Below are positions 48,585 through 58,900 of a DNA stretch of 64,000 nt, one piece after another; within the stretch, counting starts at the first letter, position 1; every line of letters begins with the position of its first letter. The translations under genes and the position numbers were made by a program. The stretch covers positions 5,688 to 69,687 of the forward strand of contig CAZTBI010000001.1 in assembly GCA_964612055.1 (NCBI GenBank), in the 5' to 3' direction. Source of the stretch: an uncultured Bdellovibrionales bacterium. Its GTDB lineage: Bacteria > Patescibacteriota > Minisyncoccia > Moranbacterales > UBA1568. The notes beneath the pieces were generated by a model that ran no database searches, was not told the DNA's origin, and saw only the letters and a list, made by a program, of their open reading frames with translations.

Positions 48585-48965
48585 ATGAAAAAAACATTGA
48601 AAGGATTTACGCTGATTGAACTTTTGATCGTTATCGCCATTATTGGTATTTTGGCATCGATCGTGTTGGTAAGTTTGAGCGGTGCTCGTGTAAAGGCTCA
48701 AAAAGCAGCATTTAAAGCTGAAGTAGCTGGCGCGACTGCTGGTCTTAATATCGGGTGTGATGATGCTGATACTGTTACATTTGTAGAACCGGCTGATACT
48801 GCAACAACAGACTGGGCTGCTTTTACGGGCACTCCAAGCTGTGGAGCGGCAGGTGATGGTACGTTCTCTATCGACGCTGTGCCTTTGGCAGCTGGTGTTA
48901 TTGCGGATGGCTGTACTGGAGCAACAGTAACAGAAACAGGTGCTGATTTTACAAATTGTCCATAA
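48585..48965 (+). CDS. Type IV major pilin 1
   Basis: KG|[17 protein letters not shown]; strong AAGGAGGTGA SD; C-terminal Cys residues. Confidence 0.93.
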   Translation: MKKTLKGFTLIELLIVIAIIGILASIVLVSLSGARVKAQKAAFKAEVAGATAGLNIGCDDADTVTFVEPADTATTDWAAFTGTPSCGAAGDGTFSIDAVPLAAGVIADGCTGATVTETGADFTNCP

Positions 48966-49002
48966 TCTCTCGTATCATTTAAATCAAAGGGAGGTGAATC
49001 TT

Positions 49003-49362
49003 ATGAAAAAAACATTAAAAGGATTTACGCTGATTGAACTCTTGATCGTTATCGCGATCATCGGTATTTTGGCGTCGATCGTGTTGGTAAGCTTGAGCAG
49101 CGCTCGAGGTAAGGCTCAGTTGGCAGCATTTAAAGCTGAAACAGCTGGTGCTGTGGCTGGACTTCTTATTGTATGTGATACAGGCAATATTACGCTCCCA
49201 AACGATACTACAACTACGAATTGGGGGGCAATAACTAACCAGAGTTGTGGTCCAACAAGAGGTGGTGGATTTAACGTTACAGCAACCCCGATTAATGCGG
49301 GTATTGTCTGTAATGCTACAGTGAGTGGTACTGGAACCACGTACGTTGGAGCAGGATGTTAG
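49003..49362 (+). CDS. Type IV major pilin 2
   Basis: Near-identical N-terminus to pilin 1; GGGAGGTGA SD; terminator 49383-49409. Confidence 0.93.
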   Translation: MKKTLKGFTLIELLIVIAIIGILASIVLVSLSSARGKAQLAAFKAETAGAVAGLLIVCDTGNITLPNDTTTTNWGAITNQSCGPTRGGGFNVTATPINAGIVCNATVSGTGTTYVGAGC

Positions 49363-49517
49363 TGTCTTGCAATAAAGCTTTTAAAACAAGGGCGTAATGC
49401 CCTTGTTTTATCTTATAGATCACGCTTCAGTACTTAATGTTCGTTGTTCAAGAGACGGGTCTATGGTATTCTAAGAGTACTAATACTCCCTTTAACGGGT
49501 AGTTTATTTTTAGTATT

Positions 49518-51191
49518 ATGACCATACCAAGGGTACTCTCCCAGAGTCTGGGAAGAATTTATCGGCTGTTCGTATCGAGTACTGCCCTTAGGTTTTTTTT
49601 TGTTTTTATTTTTTTCTGCCTCTTTTTTTCGTTTTACCTCTTTTTCTATACTTTCACCTCTACTGATGACCAATTCTTCAATGTAAGATTGGCGCAAAAA
49701 ATCAGCGTCGAGGGGCTTAGTATTCTTCAAAACTTCAATGAATTTTCTGAAGTAACTGCCCGTCCATGGGTTTTTAATATTCTTTTTTATTATCTCCTTA
49801 TTCCTTTTACGTGGTTTTATCCTCTTGAACTAGGGATTAAGGTCTTTGCTGTAACTAGCTTGGCGTTTACATTTACCGTCATCTTCTTTTTTCTTGAAAA
49901 AAATAATATTAAAAAGTCGTTTCTTTGGTTGTTATTAGCTGTTGGTTTTTTCTTTACCCCTCCTGATCTCTGGCATTTTTTAATGGCACGTGCCTTTGTA
50001 TTGGTGCCAGCTTTACTTATCCTCCTTCTCTATTTTTTACAAATAAAGAATTATGGAGCTCTTTTTTTTCTATCCTTCCTTTCTTTTTTTCTCCACACAG
50101 CAACTTTCTTTTTGCCGCTGGTAGTAGGAATAATCTTTTGCGTTTTTTCTTGGCAAAGTACAAGACGTTCAGTATTGTTTTCGTTGTTGAGTGTTGTAGG
50201 CGGAACTGCCGCAGCGCTTCTTCTTGGCGCTCTTTTTATCCCGGGTTTTCTTCCCATTGTGTGGAATTTCTGGGATTCTCTTTATAGAATTGTAGTATCT
50301 TTTCATGTATCAAGTTTCGTGCAAATTGATGAAGGAATGGAAAGTTATCCGACGACGTTGTTTGATATTTTTTCACAGCACGCGATTTTGATCGCGCTTC
50401 TTATCATGTTCACCGGTTCGTACGTAGCACGTATTTTTGAGGCGAATCGAAGAAGGGTATCTTTTGGAAATCCTGTGCAGCTCACCTTGATGGCGCTTTC
50501 CATTCTTTTTTTATTGGGATCATTTATTACTAAGCGTAACCTGGATTTTTTCTTCGTCTTTTCTAGTCTATTTCTGCTGCTGGCTCTCTCTGAATTCTTT
50601 GAAACTATAAAATTCAATGTAAAAAGAATACATATTTTTTCTTTAGGGGTGGTTATTTTCGTGGCTCTCGCCTCTCAATTGTTGGCTATTATGGATATGC
50701 TTGCTGTCTCTTCTGATTATGCAAGTATCAAAGGAGCCGCTCAATGGGCGAAAGAGCATACAGAAAAAGGCAGCGTGGTCTTCAATCCTACGATGAATTT
50801 TTTTCCAACATTTTATTTCTATAATGAGGGTCATAATAAGATGATTGTCGGTATTGAGCCGCGAGATTTTTATCAGACCAATTCAAGGAAATACTGGCTC
50901 TGGTATAACCTCTCTGCTTATGGAGTGATTTGCGGAGAGCAAAAGTGCGCTAGAGAAACTGCTTTGCGTGACGCGATGCTACAATCTTATAAAGACCAAT
51001 GGTACAAGGAAAACGGAGAAAGAGTGAGGGATCTTCTTCTGAATGAATTTTCAACGAACTTGATACTTGTAAGGCCTGATTTTATTGCTTTACAGCCATT
51101 GTTGCAAAACAGTCCTTCATTTGAAGAGGTCTACGCTACGCCGATAACGAAAACATATACTCTGTATCGTATAAAAGAAATTGATAAATAA
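49518..51191 (+). CDS. Polytopic membrane protein, probable GT-C glycosyltransferase
   Basis: Many TMs; DDQFF loop after TM1; soluble C-terminal domain; next to pilins, GtrA and GT2. Confidence 0.6.
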   Translation: MTIPRVLSQSLGRIYRLFVSSTALRFFFVFIFFCLFFSFYLFFYTFTSTDDQFFNVRLAQKISVEGLSILQNFNEFSEVTARPWVFNILFYYLLIPFTWFYPLELGIKVFAVTSLAFTFTVIFFFLEKNNIKKSFLWLLLAVGFFFTPPDLWHFLMARAFVLVPALLILLLYFLQIKNYGALFFLSFLSFFLHTATFFLPLVVGIIFCVFSWQSTRRSVLFSLLSVVGGTAAALLLGALFIPGFLPIVWNFWDSLYRIVVSFHVSSFVQIDEGMESYPTTLFDIFSQHAILIALLIMFTGSYVARIFEANRRRVSFGNPVQLTLMALSILFLLGSFITKRNLDFFFVFSSLFLLLALSEFFETIKFNVKRIHIFSLGVVIFVALASQLLAIMDMLAVSSDYASIKGAAQWAKEHTEKGSVVFNPTMNFFPTFYFYNEGHNKMIVGIEPRDFYQTNSRKYWLWYNLSAYGVICGEQKCARETALRDAMLQSYKDQWYKENGERVRDLLLNEFSTNLILVRPDFIALQPLLQNSPSFEEVYATPITKTYTLYRIKEIDK

Positions 51192-51194
51192 TGT

Positions 51195-52235
51195 ATGGAT
51201 TCTCAGTTACGTATTATCGTGATTGGAGGTGGATGGGTAACCGAGAATAGGCATTTGCCTGCTTTAAGAAAAGAGAGGCGTATCTTGCTTCAGTCTGTAA
51301 TAAGCAAGAATGTCGATCGGGCTGAATTTCTCAAAAAGAAATTTTCTGCCAAGACATATTTTGGCGGGGATGGAGTGGATTTCTCACAGGTACTCCAAGG
51401 TTGTGATGCGGTAGTGATAGGATCGGACCCATTTTCTCATTATGAAATTGCCAAACAAGCCATTGCTTTAGGTAAGCATGTTTTAATGGAAAAACCGCTG
51501 ACGTTGTCGGTGGTAGAGTCGGCCGAATTGGTAGGGTTAGCTAAAGAGAAAAAGATACGTTTTGCGGTGGTGCATAATTTCCAGTTTTCCCAATCAGCCT
51601 CTGCTCTGAAAGAAGATATAGAGAAGGGCAAACTCGGAGAGATCCGGTCTTTGGAGGCAAAGCAATATAGTAACGAGAAAAGAAGACTGCCAGTTTGGTA
51701 TGAGGATTTGCCCTGGGGTCTTTTTTATGATGAATCGCCGCATCTTTTGTATCTTCTTGAGATGGTAGGAGGAAAACAAAGCCTTCAACATTCTCAGGTG
51801 CTGTTTCGATCAGGGGTCACTACGCCTGTGTTGGTGGAAGGTCTTTTAATAGGTGAAACAGGAATACCTTCGGTGCTGAGTATGAACTTTTCTGCTTCAC
51901 TTTCTGAATGGTTCCTTATTGTTCATGGATCAAAACGCACCGGTATACTTGATATTTTCCGGGATACTTACTTTTCTCTCCCAAATGACGGTAAACACAC
52001 GCCCAAGGATATTTTCCGGACTTCATGGCTCGTCTTTTTTGGGCATTTTACGGGAGTTGTAAAAAGTGGAATCAAGGTATTGAGAGGGGGCTATCTTTGC
52101 GGTAATGAAGAAGTGGTCAAGAGATTTGTTGATGCTGTTTTGGATAACAGGCCGCTGGGGACTCTGGATGCTGAAAACGGACTGCGGATAAACGCTTTGC
52201 AACATGAAATAATGGAGCGCTCATTTCATCTATAG
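51195..52235 (+). CDS. Gfo/Idh/MocA oxidoreductase
   Basis: IGGG, GKHVLMEKP, DESPH. Confidence 0.9.
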   Translation: MDSQLRIIVIGGGWVTENRHLPALRKERRILLQSVISKNVDRAEFLKKKFSAKTYFGGDGVDFSQVLQGCDAVVIGSDPFSHYEIAKQAIALGKHVLMEKPLTLSVVESAELVGLAKEKKIRFAVVHNFQFSQSASALKEDIEKGKLGEIRSLEAKQYSNEKRRLPVWYEDLPWGLFYDESPHLLYLLEMVGGKQSLQHSQVLFRSGVTTPVLVEGLLIGETGIPSVLSMNFSASLSEWFLIVHGSKRTGILDIFRDTYFSLPNDGKHTPKDIFRTSWLVFFGHFTGVVKSGIKVLRGGYLCGNEEVVKRFVDAVLDNRPLGTLDAENGLRINALQHEIMERSFHL

Positions 52236-52240
52236 TGTCT

Positions 52241-53380
52241 ATGCTTGCAACGAAAAAGAAGGTGTTGGTAGTGGCTACTCATTTTCCTCCCCACACAGGG
52301 GGAGTAGAAAAATACACCCTCGACTTTTTTTCAGTATTAGGACAGGAATATCGAAATCTCGACATCAGTATTCTTTCCCTGCAAACCGCCAAAGCACCAA
52401 AGCGTGAAAGGATAGGGGTGCTAAATGTGGTGAGGGTTCCATGTTTTGGATCAGATATTAATCCATTTTTTTCTCCTAAAAAAGTCCAGGGAGCTTTAGA
52501 GGACATGGATTTTTCTTCTTTCGATCTCGTCATTACCCAATGCCGGTATTATCTTTTCACTGGATACATGGTCTTTACAGCGCGGCGTAAAGGAATGCCT
52601 GTGTTGCACATCGAGCATAATGCCGGATACATGCTTCACAAGAACCCCCTCATTACTTTGATAGCGAGACTGTACGATGTTTTTATTGGTAGAAAAGTTT
52701 TGAGTAAGGCGACGTCTATTGTTGCGATTTCTGAGAGCGTGAAAAAATTTCTTAAAGAAAATTTCAAGATAACGGGTGCTATTGAAGTGATTCCTGGCGG
52801 CATACAGACAAAAGAGTGGGTCGGTTCAGAATCTCTTTCTGATACAAAAACGTTTGTGTATTGCGGAAGGCTTATTCGTGAAAAGGGCGTTTCGATCCTT
52901 TTGGAAGCATTCGAAATGTTGCAAAATAAGTATCCGGAAACTTCTCTCAAGATTCTGGGAGATGGTCCTGAGATGGGGCTTCTAAAAAGACAAGTTTTAG
53001 AAAAAAAATTGGAGAAACGGGTGGAGTTCTTTGGTGTAGTATCAAGCGATTTTATAAAGAATCTTTATAAAATAAAACCCGTCTTTGTCAATCCTTCATT
53101 CTATGCAGAAGGTTTTCAAATCGCTCTCTTAGAAGCAGTAGCGAGTGGATTACCGATTATTACTACTTCAGTCGGCGGGGCAGGGGAATTGCTCGAAGCA
53201 AATAGGAGTGCCCTTTTTGTTGTTTCTCGGGATAAAAAATCTCTTTTTTATGCCATGGAAGAGTATTTGCTTTTTCCACAAAAAGCAGATACGTATAGCT
53301 CTGTCGCTTCACGGAAGGTGAAGGAATATTTTTCGCAAGAGAAAATGGTTGAAAAGTTCTACCGATATGTTTTTTCATAG
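52241..53380 (+). CDS. GT4 family glycosyltransferase
   Basis: GGVE, GRLIREKG, EGFQIALLEA. Confidence 0.9.
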   Translation: MLATKKKVLVVATHFPPHTGGVEKYTLDFFSVLGQEYRNLDISILSLQTAKAPKRERIGVLNVVRVPCFGSDINPFFSPKKVQGALEDMDFSSFDLVITQCRYYLFTGYMVFTARRKGMPVLHIEHNAGYMLHKNPLITLIARLYDVFIGRKVLSKATSIVAISESVKKFLKENFKITGAIEVIPGGIQTKEWVGSESLSDTKTFVYCGRLIREKGVSILLEAFEMLQNKYPETSLKILGDGPEMGLLKRQVLEKKLEKRVEFFGVVSSDFIKNLYKIKPVFVNPSFYAEGFQIALLEAVASGLPIITTSVGGAGELLEANRSALFVVSRDKKSLFYAMEEYLLFPQKADTYSSVASRKVKEYFSQEKMVEKFYRYVFS

Positions 53381-53756
53381 AAATCTTCAATTTTTTCGTT
53401 TTGTTGTAATCGGAGGTTTTTCTTATGGATTAAGTCTTCTCTTTTTGATATTTTTGATAGAAATTCTTGCCCTTCCTTACCTTGTAGCAACAGCACTTGT
53501 CTTTTTTGGTATCAACGGTTTAAGCTTTTTTATGAATAAGAGGTATACTTTTTTATTAACAGGGGGTCTTTTCCAAACAGAGCTTCTTCGATATTATGGA
53601 ATCATGCTTCTCAGCTTGATTCTGAATTTGGCTGGAATGTATATGTTGGTAGGGATTCTGCAGTTTTCTATAGTCGTAGCGAGTATAATTGTGTCAGGCG
53701 TTCTTTTATTTTTTAACTATTTTTTTCATAAAAATTTTACTTTTCGTACCAAATAA
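53367..53756 (+). CDS. GtrA family flippase-like protein
   Basis: RFVVIGG, NKRYTF, NY..HK.FTF. Confidence 0.85.
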   Translation: MFFHRNLQFFRFVVIGGFSYGLSLLFLIFLIEILALPYLVATALVFFGINGLSFFMNKRYTFLLTGGLFQTELLRYYGIMLLSLILNLAGMYMLVGILQFSIVVASIIVSGVLLFFNYFFHKNFTFRTK

Positions 53757-53760
53757 TTTT

Positions 53761-54510
53761 ATGGCTCAGTACGATATTTTCTTTCAGAACGAACATCCAA
53801 AAATAGCTCAGAGATTTTTAACCTGGCTGAATTTTTCTTTGTTTCAGTTTCTTAAAAGGAACATTGTTTCTAAAGAAGCAAGCAAGGTGCGTATCTTGGA
53901 GATCGGTCCTGGGAAAGGATACTTTTACCAAGCAATATCGAAAGCAAAAAATGTTTCTTATGTGGCATGTGACCGAAACATTTCTTTCCGTCAATCTTTT
54001 CCAGAAGCTGAATTTTACCTTGCTACAGCGCCTTCCTTTCCTGAAAACATCGGTACTTTCGACATGATTTACGCATCTTATGTAGTGGAGCATCTGAGTG
54101 ATGGATTGGCTGTGGCAGAACTTCTCCGCGGTTGTCTGAAACACCTCAATCCTGGTGGGATTGTAGTTATAACTTGTCCAAATGCTTTGGCGCAGAAGTT
54201 TGAATTTTGGAATATGGATTATACCCATCGATATCCTACAACCGCACGAAATATACACATGGCTTTTTTAGAAGCCGGATTTTCTAGCACGGAGATATAT
54301 GAAATATCTGGATTGTTGACGTTCCCAGGCTTTACTTTCAGGCCATTTCAGTGGTGTCTCAAAGTGGTATTGTTTTTTTATCGTTACAGAGTGATGCATT
54401 TTTTCTTTGGCTGGATTTTGAAAAAGAAATTATACGAATTGAATAACTCTTTCTACCGATTATATTGTCTAGTAAAGCAGGAAAATTTACTGTGTATTGG
54501 TAAGAAATAA
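53761..54510 (+). CDS. Class I SAM-dependent methyltransferase
   Basis: ILEIGPGKG, VVEHL, LNPGG..VITCPN, DYTH. Confidence 0.88.
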   Translation: MAQYDIFFQNEHPKIAQRFLTWLNFSLFQFLKRNIVSKEASKVRILEIGPGKGYFYQAISKAKNVSYVACDRNISFRQSFPEAEFYLATAPSFPENIGTFDMIYASYVVEHLSDGLAVAELLRGCLKHLNPGGIVVITCPNALAQKFEFWNMDYTHRYPTTARNIHMAFLEAGFSSTEIYEISGLLTFPGFTFRPFQWCLKVVLFFYRYRVMHFFFGWILKKKLYELNNSFYRLYCLVKQENLLCIGKK

Positions 54511-54514
54511 AACT

Positions 54515-55660
54515 ATGACAGAAGTTTCTGTTGTTATTCCTTGCTTGAATGAGGCAAAAACTTTGCCTATCGTTATTGATATGGCCAAAAGCGGCCTGTC
54601 GAAAGTTTCGCTTTCTGGAGAAATAATGATCGCTGATAACGGTTCAGATGATGGTTCTCAGGTTTTGGCGGAATCACTTGGTGCCCGGGTGGTTCCTGTG
54701 AAGAACAGGGGGTATGGCAATGCTCTTGCCACGGGAATTCTTGCTGCAGAAGGAAAGTATATTATCTTTGCTGATGCCGATGGTTCATATGACTTCAGTC
54801 AGCTTCCTGTCTTTATTGAGGCTTTACGAAAGGGCGCCGATCTTGTTATTGGCAATCGCTTTGCAAGGAAGATGGAGAGAGGTGCTATGCCAGCGCTTCA
54901 TCGTTATCTTGGAACTCCTGTGCTTACTGCGCTTATCAATTTCTTTTTCAAAACAAAAATCTCTGATTGTAATTGTGGCATGCGGGGGATAAAAAAAGAG
55001 TCTTTTGAAAAAATGCAGATTCTTTCGACAGGCATGGAATTTGCTTCAGAAATGGTTATTAAGGCTGGATTACTCGGTATGAAAGTGGTAGAGGCACCGA
55101 TTTATTTTATGAAAGATAAAAGAGATAGAGAACCTCATCTGCGTACTTGGCATGATGGGTGGAGGCATCTGCGTCTCATTCTTATCTACGCCCCTAACTA
55201 CCTATTTATTTATCCAGGAAGCATCCTTTTTATTTCGGGAAGCATCCTACTTTTTATGCAGCTTTTTGGGCCGGTGATTATCGGACCGATGTATATGGAT
55301 CTTCATTTTATGATTCTTGGGCTTATGCTGAGTGTTCTAGGTCTTTCTATTTTTCTTATGGGAGCTACTATCAAGCAATTTTCTTATCAACACGACTACT
55401 ATTTGGAGGATTTTACCGTCACTTTTTTTGAAAGAAGTTCTTTTGAAAAGAAGCTTGTTCCAGGAACTCTTTTTTTCGCTATCGGGACAGGGTTGGCCGT
55501 GGGGATCTTTATTCGTTGGATTGGCGGTCATTTTGCCAATCCTAACATGCTGCGAGGAGCACTTTTTAGTCTCTACTTTATGTCTACTGGTTTGCTTGTT
55601 TCCCTTTTCTCTTTTCTTGAGCTTGTGATGAGAATACAGAACAAAGAAAAAAATAAATGA
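54515..55660 (+). CDS. GT2 glycosyltransferase (DPM1/GtrB-like, polyprenyl-phosphate sugar synthase)
   Basis: VVIPCLNE, DNGSDD, DADGSY, EFASEM; C-terminal TMs. Confidence 0.9.
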   Translation: MTEVSVVIPCLNEAKTLPIVIDMAKSGLSKVSLSGEIMIADNGSDDGSQVLAESLGARVVPVKNRGYGNALATGILAAEGKYIIFADADGSYDFSQLPVFIEALRKGADLVIGNRFARKMERGAMPALHRYLGTPVLTALINFFFKTKISDCNCGMRGIKKESFEKMQILSTGMEFASEMVIKAGLLGMKVVEAPIYFMKDKRDREPHLRTWHDGWRHLRLILIYAPNYLFIYPGSILFISGSILLFMQLFGPVIIGPMYMDLHFMILGLMLSVLGLSIFLMGATIKQFSYQHDYYLEDFTVTFFERSSFEKKLVPGTLFFAIGTGLAVGIFIRWIGGHFANPNMLRGALFSLYFMSTGLLVSLFSFLELVMRIQNKEKNK

Positions 55661-55939
55661 TTTTTTCTTTGTTGCCGCTGGGGCCCTGCTCTAGGAGTCG
55701 CGTGCCTACAGAACATTGTTGATTTCGGTCTCCCTAGGGATTTCGAACCTAATCGGAACCGATCTTTTTAGAGGCTTCTTGGTGCAGGTGATAGCCATTT
55801 GGCGCTTTTTTTTCTAATGTTGGCAATACGCATCTGTGGTAACGGTATTTTGAACGTAACCGAGCTTTCTTTTGGATTTTTCTTAGTATATACTATGGAT
55901 GTATTTTATCTTTTTTAACCAATAACCTTTCAGAACGGT

Positions 55940-58900
55940 ATGTTGTACTCAGCGTTCGTTTCCCGCGCTGTTCTTGTTGTAACGTTTTCCTTGTTCGCCT
56001 TCTTTGCTGCTCCTTTTTTGGTATCTGCGGCTACCGAAGTATCTGGTCCTATCGATACAAATACCACGTGGACCAAAGCTAATGGTCCGTATGTGGTCAC
56101 TGGTCTGGTGACGGTGGAGAAGGGCGTGACGCTTACTATTAAACCGGGCGCGGTGGTGAAAGTGCAACAAGCAGGCGGAGGCTTTTACAACGGCCTTACT
56201 GTTAAAGGGAAATTGAATGCTACGGGTACCGCTACGGCCCGTATTTCTTTTACTGCTTATACTGATGATTCCGTAGGGGGCGATACGAACGGTGACGGAT
56301 CAGGAACGTCCCCAGCGCCTGGTTATTGGACAGAAATCCGTGTAGCGAGCAAGGGCATAGCGAATTTGCGCTATGCCAATGTCCGTTATGCAGGGAGTAC
56401 ATCAGAAGATGGAAAATCAAACGGCCTGCGTAATGATGGAGGGACGCTATTGTTTGAAAATGGAACCTTGGAATATAACGAGAATTACAGTCTTTATCAC
56501 TCGGGCGGTACGAGTACTGTTGCATCAAGTAAGGTACGCAATCATAATATAGCTATCTCTGTGCAGAATCCCTTTGTTTCCGTGACGGGATCGGAGTTTT
56601 CTGGAAACCAACAGGTGTTCGATATCGGTCCTGGTGGAAATGCTTGGATTTCTGAATCAGGTAACACTATTGTAGATGGTCAAAGGGGATATATATCTAT
56701 CCCCGGAGCCAATATTACGAGTGATACGACCTGGCAAGGAAGTAGCTTTCCCTATGTCATTTCCGGTACTGTCGTTGTCAATCAAGGCGCTACTCTTACC
56801 ATGAACCCGGGCGTGATTATCAAGGGAAGAATCAACAACTCCCTTTTCATGATACAAGGTACCCTTCTGGCTCTCGGGACTGCCGAAGCCCCTATCATTT
56901 TTACTGCTGCCAATGATGATGCCGCTGGAGGGGATACGGATGGCGACGGCGGCATTCCGGAAGCGGGATACTGGAAAGGGATTCGCGTGGAACCCACCGG
57001 TACTGCTAGGTTCGATCATACAGCTGTTCGTTACGCGGGAGGGTATGAGTACGCATATACTGAATTCTCGAACCTTATCAATCAGGGCGGTACCCTTGAG
57101 TTTACCAACTCAGAGACTTCTTTTGCTAGTCAAAATGGTATCAAGCACAATGCTGGAACGACGACGGTGGCGGGGAGTAACCTGGCACATACTCCAGTAG
57201 GTGTTTATATCACTGCTCCTTTTGTTTCCGTGACTGACTCGGTATTTGATACTACTCCAACAGCCATAAGTGTTGCTGGCGGTGATTACTCCTCAGATAT
57301 TTTTACAGCATCGGGTAATACATATGTCGGGAACCAGGTTCCTATTATTGAGATATCTAGCATGAATGTTGTCGGGAATGTTACATGGGGAAGTAGCTTT
57401 CCCTATGTCATTTCCGGTACTGTCGTTGTCAATCAAGGCGCTACTCTTACCATGAACCCGGGCGTGATTATCAAGGGAAGAATCAACAACTCCCTTTTCA
57501 TGATACAAGGTACCCTTCTGGCTCTCGGGACTGCCGAAGCCCCTATCATTTTTACTGCTGCCAATGATGATGCCGCTGGAGGGGATACGGATGGCGACGG
57601 CGGCATTCCGGAAGCGGGATACTGGAAAGGGATTCGCGTGGAACCCACCGGTACTGCTAGGTTCGATCATACAGCTGTTCGTTACGCGGGAGGGTATGAG
57701 TACGCATATACTGAATTCTCGAACCTTATCAATCAGGGCGGTACCCTTGAGTTTACCAACTCAGAGACTTCTTTTGCTAGTCAAAATGGTATCAAGCACA
57801 ATGCTGGAACGACGACGGTGGCGGGGAGTAATTTAACCAATAACGGCGCTTACGGGATAGAGAGTTCTTTGTTCTCATCTAATATCGATGCGCGTAATAA
57901 CTGGTGGGGAAGTCCGTCCGGACCATATCATGCAACAAAAAATCCTGATGGTACTGGTAATGGAATATCGGGTCGTGTCAGTTTTCAGCCTTGGGCTATG
58001 GCACCATTTGATATCGGCTTGTCTTGCGTTGTTGGTACTAAGGGCTGTTACTCCAATGTTCTCTTTCTTCCAGGTATTATGGGGAGCAATCTGTATCAGT
58101 CAGATGAAGAGAAGTGTTGGTTACAGGATATGAACCATGTTGGAGATACTGACTATGATTGTGTAAGGATGAGTAGCGCTGACACTCCGAACACTTCCGG
58201 GCTGCGTACGAAAAATTTAGTATCTTACGATGGGTTGGCGGCTCCCTATCAAGCGATAGAAGATGCTATGAAGGGGTGGCAAACGGAATTGGGTATCGCG
58301 GCGATTACCACTCCGTATGATTGGCGTTATGATTTCGATCACACTGTACGAAGTGGTACCGTGGAGGGTAATGGATATATTTCCTATGAAGACACGGTCA
58401 GTAAGGGGTATATCGAAAAAGAACTTCGGGCGCTGGCAGCGAATTCAAAAACTGGAAAAGTAACAGTAGTAGCGCATTCCATGGGTGGACTAGTAGCCAA
58501 AGAGCTGTTTTCAAAGATCGGGAGTAGTGAGACGGCTCGTCTAGTTGATAAGTTTATTTTGATTGCTTCGCCGCAACTTGGAACCCCCAAGGCAGTAGCT
58601 GCGCTGCTTCATGGTACGGACATGGCGTTAGGGAGTATTTTTTGGACTCTTGTTACGGACGCTCAAGCGCGAGGACTTTCTCATGACATGCAAAGCGCTT
58701 ATAATCTACTTCCCTCACAGGAGTATCTGGATTCTCTGGAGCGTGATGGGAATGGCGTACCATATGATCCGGCAGTGAGATTCTCGAATGAAAACGGTTA
58801 TTTCGACCGTATGATCGGAGATTATGGTGACAATATTGTTGATCGGACGAAACTTGCTGGGTTTATGTCGGATGGCCAGTGGAGCGGTACATCATTCAAT

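Noticed and set aside
55661-55939. 280-bp gap with gggatttcgaacc (tRNA T-arm-like) at the end of the AT-rich island
   Set aside because: No cloverleaf, no matching direct repeat at the other end of the island, and only weak pairing.
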